Source of the DNA: Ministeria vibrans ATCC 50519
Taxonomy: Eukaryota > Protista > Filasterea
Direction: 5' to 3'
DNA length: 64,000 nt
Assembly (NCBI GenBank): GCA_943704425.1
Contig: CALSCP010002418.1
Location: forward strand, 1 to 64,000
The position numbers and the translations under genes were made by a program. The notes beneath the pieces were generated by a model. It saw only the letters and a list, made by a program, of their open reading frames with translations. It ran no database searches and was not told the DNA's origin. This document shows, one piece after another, positions 1-15,541 of the stretch (its first letter is position 1; each line of letters begins with the position of its first letter).

Positions 1-330
1 TTTCAACACCGACTTCTTGTTCTTGTTCTTGTTGCACGACGACGTCGACGAGCATTTCAATCATCTCGTACAAATCGTTCTTCGAGCAGGCAGCAGCCCA
101 ACGCCGGATTCCATTGGCGTTGAGCGCGCCAGGGAGCACGCGGCGTTCTGGAGATGGTTTCACGAGAAAAATGTGCTGGATTGTTGCTTTTGGGCCGAAA
201 GCGGCGCACGCGGCGGCAAGGAGATCCGCATGGGCACAGTGCAGCCTAAGCGAGCACTCCACAGCCACTTCTACTTCGATTAACGTTTCAGCATTGATTC
301 TTTCTCCTTGTTGGTTGTGAACCCTGTGAA
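1..330 (-). CDS. Possible 5' part of an unknown gene running off the left edge
   Basis: Stop-free minus frame from ~330 to 1 (...HADLLAAACAAFGPKATIQHIFLVKP...DLYEMIEMLVDVVVQQEQEQEVGVE). No family recognised and the start/splice structure is unresolved. Confidence 0.25.
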
Positions 331-1046
331 GAACTTGTTGTCTCAGAAATCCCACCTACCATTCTCGACACTCTGAGCCCGTTTGCCGTTCTGAAGCGCA
401 CCAGTGCATTCACACACTCCTCTGTGTCACCTGACATTCGTAGAGAGAGGAAAAAACTCTTTGTAGTTTGTGGTGAAAGTCGCGCCCAAAATATTAATTA
501 ATTAATTAATACTGGTTTCAGAAGCATGAAAAGAACTGCCGTCGTCCTGCTCGCTCATTGTAGTGATTGTACACTTGACTTTGAATCATGCAATATTCAC
601 ACCATGTACACACCCGCCGCTGTCCGTTTCTTCGGGGTAAATGTCTTGTTCTTTCAGCATGAGAGTGATTGGACACATTGGAAGAATAGCTCAAATTGCC
701 AAAAGGGTCACAATGGCCGCCAATCGGCAATCGGACCTCAAACCGCACGCGGCACAGACGTCATTGCAGATTGGCCTCACATCACTCATCAGTCGTAAAT
801 GCAGATCGGGGGCAGATCGACAGCCGATTGACAATTTGCCGAGTAATAACTAGGACAATAGTGGGTGTCGTCCAACAGTACAGTGTTTGTGCGTTTTTTT
901 TCAGATCGAGATCGGATTTGGAAGAAGTTTGTATTGAAACAATTTTTGGCTCCCTCCTTCTTGCCGCCCTGTACAACGAACGTGGCTGAGCAAGTCTTCA
1001 CGCTCTAGGAATCAGGACCAAGAGAATACCACTATCGGAGCTTGTC

Positions 1047-2024
1047 ATGCGACATAGTGTGGTCTTTCTCTCGCTGCTGGCACTCGCCAATGGTACGAAT
1101 GCCTGCACACCGGACCCGTCGCGAGGCCGAGAACGCGTGAAAAGGGGAGAACACAGCTGATGGAGAGCGGCGGGAGGTTCTAACAGCTGCAAAGCGCGTA
1201 CGAGTCGCTCTTCTGCCGCACAACCTCCCAACCTAAACCCCCTGTCGTGTCTCTCGAAGTGAGCTGCCGCTCTGCGCTTGCTCTTGCCTCTTGGCAGCAC
1301 CAATCTGTCTTTTGACTCTTTTCCACTGTGCCATGACTCTGCCCTGCGCACATTTGAAAGACACATTCATTTCGTCACCATGTCGGTATTAATTTTTCTT
1401 TTTTCGTAGCAATTTCTTGCAACCAGCCTTCCGCCGACGTGGTCATTGCAGCAGGCTCGATAGAGTCATTTGATGGCACGTCTTGCACAGTTGCATCGCT
1501 CTCGGTCGAGGGCACTCTGCTTGTGGAGGGCAGTCTCACTCTTGTGATGAGCGGTGCGTTTGATATTGCCACTACGGGCCTCGTCGATGTCAAGGCTGCC
1601 GTGGGCTTCACCACCTGGAATAGTATTGGCTCGTGTACCACTTGCGGCGGCACAGGCGGTGGCCATGCCGGCTACGCAGGTGTGGGTGCCGGGACGCAGG
1701 TCACCGNNNNNNNGCTGCCGTGGGCTTCACCACCTGGAATAGTATTGGCTCGTGTACCACTTGCGGCGGCACAGGCGGTGGCCATGCCGGCTACGCAGGT
1801 GTGGGTGCCGGGACGCAGGTCACCGGTCAAGAAGTGCAGCGCGGTGACCCTCTGCAGCCCACACAGGTGGGCTCGCCTGGCTCACAATCGGGTGGTGCTG
1901 TTGGTGGTGCTGGTGGTGGTGCTCTCAAAGTCACCGCCGGCTCGCTCTTCAATCGTGGCATTGTGCGATCCAATGGACTTGACGGAGCCATCACTTCCGC
2001 AACAGGTTCGTAAAAATAATACTA

Positions 2025-2058
<34 letters not shown>

Positions 2059-5000
2059 TATTAATAATAATAATTATTATTATTACTAATATTATTATTA
2101 TTATTACTATTATATTATTGTACACTAATTAACAACCATTAATATTAGGATGTTGCTCGCTCAAGCGCAGCAGCGGTGGCGGATCGGGTGGTTCCATTTG
2201 GATCACGACTGGCAACATTGACGGTGCTGGATCATACACCGCCAATGCCGGTTCGGCACCAAGCGCAACCTACCGTGGCGGCGGTGGTTCAGGTGGTCGC
2301 ATTGCCATTGTGTCAACGGGCTCTGTGGGCTCTGCGTACACCGAGAACGTCCTGGCGACTGCTGGTCTGGGCTATCAGGCTGGCGCCGCTGGGTCCATCT
2401 ACCTGAAGATTGCAGGCAACTCGCTTGAGAAACTCGTTTACGACGCGGGTGTTGCGGGTCCCACACTCGTCACAGGTGTCAACTATGTGACGAATCACGA
2501 CGATCCCGACAACTCGTCGCCCTACGCTCTGTCGGTGCCCACGTTTGGCGCACTGGGTGGAGCTCGTGTGGTGCTTCGTGCCCTCGATTCGCTCACAGTG
2601 ACCACCAGTGTGCTGGGCTCGCCCTCGTCACTGTTCACTGTGAGTGGTACGTTCCTGGCTGCTGCTGCGAGTTCGGGAACCCTTCCTTTTTCGCTGAGTG
2701 TGCTTGCGGACGGGTCGTGGAGTTGGGCGACCGATTTGATTCTAACGGGTGGCACCGTGTCGCTTGCAGGCACCACAACAACGGGACTGACAGGCACGCT
2801 GGACTTGCGCACAGCACCTGCAAGCACTCCTGCGACTGCATTCACTTTTACTGCCTCTGCATCACACATGTATCTTAACTTCACCGGCTCGCTCGTGATG
2901 CAACCCGCCACATCGGCTACCTTCTCGGGATTGCTTGCCGTTGAGTTTGACGGTGACGTCACTGTGGACGAGGGCTGCAGCTTGACTGTGACGGGTGTGA
3001 GCGATCTCGCTGGCCCTCCTCAACAATTTGTGTGCAAAAGTGACATGACTCTCGGGACTCACACGGGCTCGGCCACAAACATGTATGTGAACAAGGTTGA
3101 AGTGGCAGTCACGGGCACGCTCACAGTGGATACACAAGCGAGTATCAACGGCGATGGTCGCGGCTACGCATCGGGACTTGGACCGGGCGCAGGTAAATCG
3201 TGTACGTCTGCATGCGGCGGTGAAGGCGCCGGTCACGGTGGTCTTGGCGGTGCTGGCTACCAAACATCGGGTCTCACAGCGCAATACGGCTCCATATTGT
3301 TCCCTCGCGAGCCCGGCAGTGGCGGTGGACGCACCAACAATGGAGTCGCGCCCAATGGCGGTGGTGCCCTTGTTGTGCTGTCTGACACACTCGTTCTACG
3401 CGGACGCCTTTCTATGATTGGACTCCCGGGTGTGCTTACAAGCAGCGAAGGCTGCTGTAGCCTCAAAAAGGTACTTACATAGTTCAATATCATCTCAGTC
3501 TCCCAGCCTGACCACCTTCTCTTTCCCCTTAGACTACTGGTGGCGCTGCGGGTGGATCAATTCTCGTGCAGACGCGCGTCATTGACATGTCGACGAGCAC
3601 AGGTCGACTCGACGTGAGCGGTGGAATGTCTCCGTCTGCGTCGCATCGCGGTGGTGCCGGCTCAGGTGGTCGCCTTGCCGTGTACGCCACCACATTGTTG
3701 GGCTCGTACATGCCCCAGACTTGGGTTAATGTGCAACCGGGACTTGGTGGATACCAGGTGGGTGCCTCGGGAACCGCCTATCTGAATCTGTTGAGTGTGG
3801 GCTACGACGAACTCATCACAGACGGTGGCAGTACCACAGCAATGGTCCCCATGGTGACCACACTCACCTCTGTCAGCGACCCCCTGCAACTGCCTGTTGG
3901 CAATCTCACGATTGACCAAGTGACCCTCTTGGGCGGCGCTCAGTGCCTCATTCGCTCACAGGATACCTTTGAAACGACCCGCGAGCCAACTGGTTCAATG
4001 CCAGCGCGTCTCACCGTGGACGGCCGCTTTGTTGCGCCCCTTGACGCTGCTACAGTCATCATGCGCTTTCAGCTGACTGTCTCGCCCAGCGGCTATTTGC
4101 AGTGGGGCCCCGACATGATAGTGGAGAATGCGGCTTTTATCATGTCTGGCAGGCTGAGTGGCATGACACGCTCCTTGAAAATTCGGTCTACGGCAGCCGC
4201 CCCCTCCTTCACCCCGTCGGCCACTCTCCACTCGACCTTGGCTCATCGCACCTACTGGCTCTCGGCTGATCTCACTGTGGGCGACAAGGCCGCATTTACA
4301 CTGCAGGGCAGTAGCATGAGCGTCGGTGGAAACATGACAGTGGGTAGTGGCTGTGTCGTGAGCGTCCTCCAGAGTGCCTACACCGGAACTCAATATCTCA
4401 ATATCACGGGTGACGTTGTGATGGGCACCTTTGCCGCTGGTGGCCCCTCAACCACGTTCAACACAGCCTTTTTGCAGATGCACGTCATGGGCTCGGTCAC
4501 GTTTGATGAAAATGTCAATATCAATGGCAATGGTCTTGGTTACGCAACGGACAGCGGTCCTGGAAAAGGTACGAGGGAGGGGGGGGGGGGGGGAGGGACA
4601 CCTATTTTGCTGTAGCTAAGAAAAATACAATCTTATTCAGGAACAATGTGCTCGACCAAGTGTGGCGGAGGAGGTGGGGCGCACGCTGGCACAGGTGGCA
4701 AGGGAACCACGGCACTTGGTGGTGCTGCTTACGGCTACCTGCTTGGACCGCTCGAGCCGGGAAGTGGCGGAGGGAAGACGAGCAATGGCAATGGTGGCGC
4801 TGGTGGCGGATCTTTTGCCCTCTTTGCTGACTCCCTTGTGCATCTGGGTTCCATGCAAATGAATGGCGCCAGCAGTACGAGTACCACAGCATCGGGTTGC
4901 TGCAGTTTGACCAAGTCTGGTGGCGGTGGAGCTGGCGGAAGCATTTTCATTTCGGTGGCGACCCTGACAGCGACTGCCTCGTCGTTTACGGCCAACGGTG

Positions 5001-8000
5001 GAGGCGCAGCAAGTACGACCTACCGGGGCGGCAGTGGAAGTGGCGGTCGCATTAGCGTTGTGGCCACACAAATGATGGGTACATATTCGCCAACGTACAT
5101 GGCCAGCCCGGGCGTGGGCAATGGTGAGGGCGCCGGTGGCACAATCTACCTCAAGATTGGCTCGTCCATTCACGATCTCACTGTGGACGGTGGCTCGGCC
5201 AACGGACAGAGCCCCGTCATGGGTGTGACTACACTCACTGAATACTACAATCCGCTTGCTCCCAACGAGCCTTCGATGCTCGTCGTAAAAACTTTCAACC
5301 CGCGTTTGGGCGCTCGCGTCGTTATTGACAACAACGACACGCTCACGGTACAGGAGACAATGGTGGGCTCGCTGCCCTCACTGGTCACTGTCAGCGGCAC
5401 ACTCAATGCGCCCTCCACCAGCAACCAACTGCTTTTTAGCTGCACGGTCTCTGCGACGGGCCTTCTCGCTTGGGGCGTCAATGTGACGGCTGTTGGCTCG
5501 GCGCTCACCCTCACGTCAGGTGGTGTCATCACAGGCATGACTGACTCAATTGAAACGGTCGCTGCCTCCCCTTACTTTGCCGCTGTGAGTCTCTCGGCAC
5601 CTTCACTGCACACCACCTGGGCACTCAGTGGTGACATTGTTGTGGGCGCCAGCACTACTCTGCTCTTTGACTCGTACGACGTCACCATCGCCAAGAACGT
5701 CGGGACGCTCGATGGCTCGACGCTTACCTTTGCCACCTCGTTGGCGACCTCCAAGAACACCATGGTGATTGTGAGCGTGGGCGGCGACATGACCATCGGC
5801 GCAGCTGCGACTCTGTCGCAGCTTGTCACGCCTGCTCTGGATCTGCGTGTGAGCGGCCGTCTGCACGTGACCACGCAGGGCAAAATTAATCTCGCTGCCT
5901 TGGGCTTTGGTGAGGGTCAGGGTCCGGGAGCCGGCGCCTCGTGCAGTGGCAACTGCGGACCGGGGGGTGCGGGCCACTCGGGAGCAGGACTTGCCGGTAG
6001 CAGCGCAGGTGGAGTGCAATATGGAAACCCGTTGAAGCCCACTCAGGCAGGCAGTGGTGGTGGCGAGTTTAGCGACTCGGCCGGCTATGGCGGTGCGGGT
6101 GGTGGTGTGCTCGTTCTGACAGCGGATTCGTTCCGCAACGACGGGCAGATCAACGCGGATGGCGCTGCATCGACCACGAGAAGCGCGACGGGTTGTTGTT
6201 CACTGACGCGCAGTGCGGGCGCCGGCTCGGGCGGCTCGATCTATGTGACGACGCGGCTTATTTTGGGCGCAGGTGCACTGATTGCGCGCGGTGGTAGCAC
6301 GCCCTCGGCGACGTATCGTGGCAAGGCGGGCTCGGGTGGCCGTGTTGCGGTGTACGCTCAAATACTGGATGTGACCTTTAGCTGGAATATCCTCGTTGGT
6401 CCCGGCTCGTCGTCCAGCTATGGCGCAGCTGGTTCCATTTACCGCAAAGTGACAACTGTAGGCGGCACCGTCGTGTACGAGCGACTGACATTTGAAGGAC
6501 CGGACCCTGAACTGTCCGCAGGCAGTGCCAGTACGGTCACCGTCTATGACACGCCGTCGACCGAGGCGCCTCTCACGCTCACCGTCGACGAGTTGGAGCT
6601 GCGCAACGGTGCGTGGGTGCGTCTTCGCCTGCACGACCATCTCATTGTAGTGCAACCCATCGTTTCGCGCCCACCTTGTCGCTTTGATCTGAGTGGCACA
6701 CTGACCGCGTCCAACTCCAAGAACTGGACCTTTACGTCGACCGTGGACGTCACGGCGCGCGTCACCTGGTCACAGGATATGGTTGTGCAGGGGACAACGC
6801 TGATTCTCAACAGTGTCATTTTCGGTCTCCGTCGCAACATTCTCGTGCAACGCTACTATTCGTCAACGAAAACCTACTCGCCCGTGTTTACCTTTGCCAG
6901 CACGGCCGCCATTGGTGGAAGCGCTGCCAACACGTTTGTGATCACGGGCGCGCTCACCTTTGACACAGGCGCCACCTGCAATTTCCTCAAGACACTGCAG
7001 TACTACGTGGACGGTACGTTGCCGCCGGCTCTCGCTGTGCGCGCCAACACCATCTATGTGGGCGCCTCGGCGACCGTCAACGTCGCCTACGCGCACCTTA
7101 TTGGCAGCGCGTCGGTCACGGTGGCCGTGGGCGGAACCATCTCAGGCTCAGCCTACGGGTTCACGACCGCTCTTGTGCCGCTTGCGCCCGGCACTGGCGG
7201 TTCTAAGACAGGTAATAACCAGGGCAGCGGAGGCGGTGGTTATGGTGGAATTGGTGGAGCGGCGGGTGCACGAGTCGGTGGTGTCGTGTATGGCACGGCG
7301 TCGCTTTCGCCCGACTGGCATCCGGGCTCGCCCGGTGGCGTTGGCAACTCGGTGTCGGGCGCCGGCGGCGGTGCTGTGCGTCTCACTGCGGCGACTGTCG
7401 CCGTGAATGGTGCGATTGTGTGCAACGGCGGCGCGGGCGTCAAGGTGGGCGCCAGTGGCTGCTGCAGTCTCACGCAGTCGAGCGGTGCGGGCTCGGGAGG
7501 CGCAATCCTCATTGAGGCAACGACCTTCAACGGTGCGGGAACTCTGACGGCGAACGGCGGCTCGTCACCCTCGGCAACGTACCGCGGAGGCGGTGGCGGC
7601 GGCGGTCGCATTGCCATCAAGGCAGTTACCAATGGCTTTACGGGCTTGCTGTCGGTGCTGCCGGGCACAGGAGCGAACGCAGGGTTGGACGGTGTGACGG
7701 ACGTTTCGGTGCAGACGGGCGGCTGTCACTTGGTCCAGTGCGACAATGGCTTTTGTACAAACAGCGTGTGCACCTGCCTGGCCGGCTGGTCGGGCTCTGC
7801 ATGCAACGTGCCCTCGTGCACGACCTATGGCTGTGACCACGGCACGTGCATTGGTGCCGACGAGTGTCAGTGTGACGCAACGTGGTCAGGCGCCGCGTGC
7901 AACATTTCCGTGTCGTGCACGGACAACTGCAATAACAACGGAGTTTGTTCGGCGGGCGGTGTGTGTGCGTGCTTCAAGGGTTGGAGTGGTGCAGCGTGCC

Positions 8001-9325
8001 AAGAGACTCTCTGTGCGACTGGCTGTGGTAATGGTGTCTGCGGTGGGAACGGAACATGCGTGTGCGATGCGGGCTTTGGTGGTGCGACCTGCACCGAGGC
8101 GGTGTGCTCGTCGCCGTGCCAGAACGGGGGCATGTGTGTTGGTGGAGTGTGCCAGTGTTCGGCCGGCTGGGTCGGCAGCACATGTGACACTAGTGCGTGC
8201 GAGGGAGGCTGTGTGAACGGCGTATGCTCGAACAGCGGCACAGTGTGCACGTGTACTAGTGGCTGGAGCGGCAGTGCATGTCATGTGCCAGTGTGCACGG
8301 CATCGTGCGGCGCACACGGCATGTGTACTCACCCGGACACGTGTACCTGTGACGCGGGCTGGGGCGGTGCGCTGTGCACGACTGATCTGACTGCCTCTTG
8401 CTCGCTCAACTGTGGTGCCAATGGTGTGTGTGTGAGCAACGCCTGCTACTGCAACAATGGCTACTCGGGTAGTCTCTGCGAGACGGCTCCGGCGCCCGCT
8501 TGTGCGCTCAACTGCGGTGCACACGGTGTGTGTGTGAACAGCGCTTGCTACTGCAGCGACGGCTACTCGGGTACCCTCTGTGATACTGCGCCGTCTGCCG
8601 GTGGTGGTGGTGGTGGTGGTGGTGGTGCATGTCCCACGGAGACTGTGAGTGAGCCGTGTCCCTCGTGTGATTGTACCGTAGCTGCTGCGGATGCTGCTGC
8701 AGCAGCTGCGTGTCCCACCGAGACATTAGTCGCCGACGCGGCTGCCTCCTGTCCCGTGTGTCCCAGTAGTGTGTGTCCGACGCTTGCGTGTCCTGCGTGT
8801 CCCTCTGCGCCCGTGTGCAGCCCCACCTGCAACAACGGCGGTGTGTGCGCCACAGGCAACGTATGCAAGTGCGCCAACACGGGATTTTACGGAACCGCAT
8901 GCGAGTTCCAGTTCAACACAACATGCTCGTCGACCGCCGGCACCGCAGGCTCATCGACAGCCGTCACCTCAACGAGCCTGGTCATCATCATTGTTCTCGT
9001 CGCCATCATCTGTCTCTTGCTGCTCCTTCTCATCATCATCGTGGTCGCGTCGCGTCGTCGTCGCCGCAAGGTTGTCCACGTGCAGAACCGCTTTTTCAAG
9101 GGTGTTGAGAGCGTTGCTTCGACCATGACATTGGACCAGGCCGCAAACCAGCAGGACGGCCAAACGCCTGTCCAGGTCAACCCCACGTACATGGGCATAC
9201 GTGACATTGACGCATCCTTTGAGAGCAACACGTACGAGGGTCTTCATGAGCACGCAGACACCGAACGTTACGAGCACATTGCCAATCCGCTGTTTGTCGA
9301 GAATGATGGCAATGGGAGAGAATGA
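1047..9325 (+). CDS. Giant type-I membrane protein (~2,520 aa): signal peptide, five Gly-rich repeats of ~430 aa (first partial), ~10 tenascin-like EGF repeats, TM helix, Tyr-motif tail
   Basis: Exons 1047-1092, 1410-2005 (includes a gap-duplicated 112 nt), 2149-3470, 3533-4568, 4641-9325 join in frame at GT-AG introns. N-terminus MRHSVVFLSLLALANA; repeated GGxHxG..YG..P.xxGSGGG..GCCSL..GGSI..YRGxxGSGGR; EGF CxCxxGWxGxxC units at 7720-8905; TM LVIIIVLVAIICLLLLLLIIIVVA followed by RRRRRK. Confidence 0.9.
1595..1825. other. Assembly artefact: 112-nt exact duplication flanking an N gap
   Basis: 1595-1706 equals 1714-1825 with 7 N between; removing one copy plus the Ns restores the reading frame. 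Confidence 0.9.
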
Positions 9326-10095
9326 AAACGTAGAGAGAATGTCAAAGAAAAGTATTATTTTTTACTTCACTTTGAGAGAAACCAGATACTAGTAGTAGTA
9401 GACGGAGCCTTGGGAGTTTTCTTTCGGGTGGCGATGTTTCCTTCTCTAACTTGCCTTATATTGTGATATTCAAGCAGCATCAAAATAATAATAATAATAA
9501 TTAGAATTATTCAATATTATTAGTGACAAATTTAAATCTTATTCGAATTTGCTTACCATGAGTAGTTGGCCAGCGGAGTGAGCGGACACTATTTTCAATT
9601 TTGTCCGCCCTGCGCCATGCAGAGACAGTCTGTCAGACAGAGACAACCCGACATTTGCTGAGTCGCTCGGAGAGCACGGTGCTTACGGGCTATTTTTCGC
9701 TCGAGGGTGATAACCGCGTCCAAGGGCTCCTTTCCCATCCACGGCCGTCCTTGCTCCTCGCGAGGCTTTTTCATTGACAACATTGCGACGCACTTTGAAC
9801 AATTCCATCCTTTGAGCATCTATCGGCGGAAATGCCTCGTTTGAGACCGGTTCGTTCCGATGTTGTGACTTCGCCTGAAACAACCTCCCGAATTTCGCAC
9901 CAAACAACACACGCTACGCCCCGACTGGGGAAACTATATGAAAGCATTGCGGCCAATGAGTTAGGCGTTTCCAGACGAATGCGGAAGATACAGAGCGCGA
10001 ACTTGCGCTATTGTGAATAATGGTAATAATAATAATAATAATAATAATTCAAAAGATCAATACGATTTTTGTACACTCACTCATTCCACCTACAA

Positions 10096-11593
10096 TTACA
10101 CGGTATTCGTTCTTTTCCACGCCTCATCAAAGTTGAGAAAGAACTTTCTGCCCTCAATATCGTGATAGACGTAGCGCGAGTCGTCATCAATGAGAATACT
10201 CTCGCCGGGCTTTTGGGGAGTGCGCGGCGACGGGCGGGCGTGCCATAGAATGGGAAAGTGAACCGTGGTGGCCTGGCCGATGACGCCGGCCCACCAAGAG
10301 AAGGTCGACGCGGGTGACAGGAGCAGAGTGTGTGCGCGTGACATGGTTGTAAAGTCTTGTAGCGGCAGCATTGAAATGATGCGCGCATTGTACTTGCTCT
10401 TTAGCCAGAGCGGCAGTGGATGTTCCGTCCTAATTCGGCAATGACTGTCAGTACGTATCGCTGTTCTCTACGAGGTGTTCATGTCGTTATTACCAATCCT
10501 TTTCAGTGACAACCCACACATGTGGGAGGGCAATGCCATCGATGATGGTAGCCAGCGATGCTGTGTCAAGCACACCCCGCCCAAAGGCGTCTGGCGAATA
10601 TGGCGGCGGGCTCGTCTGCAGCGCGTCGGGTTTGCCAACAATAAAGTCACGCAGTCGCAGGTGCACTACAAGTGTTTCCTTGTCGGGACGTAGTCCTTCC
10701 ATGTCGCTTGGGAGAGGTTCTGCATCGAAAAATCAGATTTTCTCTTCCCTGCACTCTTTTGTGGTACCTTGGAAGTCGATAAAAATGGTCTCTTTCAGGA
10801 GTTTTCGAACAGGATAAAAGTAAAAAGACTTCTGGTAGAAATAGGAACCCATCAAGTTTGCTTGTGTGGGGGCCGCCGGTGGGTGGTGTGTGTCGCTAAC
10901 AAACTGGGCCGTCTGCGACGACATGTAGAAAGTCACGCCCCTTGTTAGATTGGTGCAGACTGGCAATTGGTTGGGATCCTTGCGATACAGTCGCAACAGG
11001 GCATCTTCGTGGTAGATGTGCGTTGTGCGTGTGTTTCGGGCATGAAAACCTCCAAGCCGGTAAGCCAAGAGTCGTGCGAGGGTGTAGATGAAAATCTGGT
11101 TGCCCAGACCACCTTTGATTTCGCAGGTGACCTCGCCTGTGCAGGGCCCAGTCCAAGGGGCTGCCATTGATGTTGCTGCCTCGTGGAGTGCTGAAGAGAG
11201 GTGGGCTAGTGCGGTCGTCTCGGCAGCGAGCGAGGTGGTGGAGGGGGCCGCCGTCGTCGCCGGCATGTCGGCGGCGACGGAGGAGTAGACCATCTCGAGA
11301 ATGTCGTCTACTTGCTCAACAAGCGATTCGGGCTCCTCAATAGCACTGTCTTCGGCAGAGTTGGCATCGTGGGAGGCGCTGGACAATTCCGTCAACCTAC
11401 CAAGGAAAATGAGTAGGTTCCATGTCTGCAAGCCACACGCCTACGCCACATGCACCCTGCCCGAAGGCGCCAAGGCTCACCTCCCGCTGTCGCTTGACTG
11501 CTGCTGGCTCACCCGCAAGTGATAAAACACCGTCCCACTGAGTGCCAGTGCGCCAAAGCTGATCAGCACAAAAAGCACCGGACGAGCCACCAT
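10096..11593 (-). CDS. GT11-family (alpha-1,2-fucosyltransferase-like) type II membrane glycosyltransferase
   Basis: N-terminal anchor MVARPVLFVLISFGALALSGTVFYHLR, Ser/Thr/Ala stem, then GT11 motifs GGLGNQIF, VVHLRLRDF and DFTTMSRAHTLLLSPASTFSWWAG across 4 exons. Confidence 0.8.
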
Positions 11594-11770
11594 TGTTCTC
11601 GGCAGCTGTGTTCACCACAGAACACCGCGGTGTACTACTCGTCGCTGATGTAAAAACAAGACTGAGAGCACAGAGCAGGCGGCCAGGATTGAGGGATGAC
11701 TGATCATCAGTGAATAATGAATTGCCCCACTCCACTCGCTACTCACACCTCAGTATTATACGCATTCCCA

Positions 11771-14209
<2,439 letters not shown>

Positions 14210-14464
14210 GCAAATGAAAAATTCCGCATTCCTTCTACATGCTCTCATCTTCACATCGTCCATCGACTACATTACCATCAATATGTCTTGGTGTGGACAT
14301 TTATTCTACCACTACACTACTAATTACTAGCAATCAAAATATCAAAGTCAGATTCATGCAATACCACCACTGAATTAGACCTGTCAAGACGCTTCCAATA
14401 TCCATGTTCGCAATGCAGTTGCATCATCTTATTATAATAATGTTTGTTTATTGTGCGTTGCAGT

Positions 14465-15461
14465 TTAGCGTCCAGAGCAAAGCCCAAGCTGTTCGGTTGC
14501 AAACTTGTTGGCAGGGTCCAATTCAAGGGCGCGTGCGAGATCCCGACGCGCGTCTAAGTGTTTCTTCTGCTGAAGTCGGGCGGCACCTCGCGTCGCCCAT
14601 GCCGGCGAAAACTCAGGACTGAGCGAGTCAATGATAACCGACGCATCAATGATGGCAGCGTCCAGCTGGTTCTGAAGACTGCAGCAAACAAGGAAAACAG
14701 GTATGCCTCAGCACAGTCAGAACATAACCTCTTTCACTCTTTGTTACTTTGCTTCTCTTTCGATCACTTTCTCTCTCTATCACTTTGCTTTCTTTCTCCC
14801 TCCTCTCTTTCTCTGTCTCTATCTCTATCACTTTGTTTCTTTCTTTCTCCTCTCTCTCTCTCTACTATACGTATACGTACCGGTAGGCTTCAGCACGATG
14901 GTAGTAGGCAAGCATGCACTTGGTACTGAGGCGCAGTGCCTTGGTGCAATCTCCAACGGCCTTCGTCAACTGACTCTCGCCCACGGCGGCCGCCCCACGA
15001 CAAACCAATGCCTCGACATTCTTAGCATCCAACTTGAGCAATGCTGTGCAATCCTCGTAACTTCCCGTGTAGTTGGGTGGTGTTAGCCTCTGGCGAGACT
15101 AAATAAAGACGATTAGCGCCATACTTCAGCCCTAGAGGCATACCTCCGCTCGCGCATACAAGGCCATCTGGTCGTCAGGATTCACTTCAATGGCCGTCGT
15201 CAAGTCTTTCTCGGCCTTGCTCCACTGTCCTTGCTTGTAGTATGCAGTCCCGCGGTTACTCAATGCCAATTGTTGTTTGGGCTCGACATGAATCACCTGA
15301 AACACACACTCCATTGAGCACCACCACCATCTCTTTTTTTCACTTTGTTCTCTCTCCATCACTTGTTTCTGTCGCCTCTCCCCTTCTCACTTTGTTTCTC
15401 TCTCTCTCTATCACTTTGTTTCTTTCTCCCTCCCTCCTCTCCCTCTATCACTTTGTTTCTT

Positions 15462-15541
<80 letters not shown>

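Noticed and set aside
1595-1825. Apparent tandem duplication and frameshift in the giant receptor
   Set aside because: Exact 112-nt copies flank an N gap, typical of an unmerged contig overlap.
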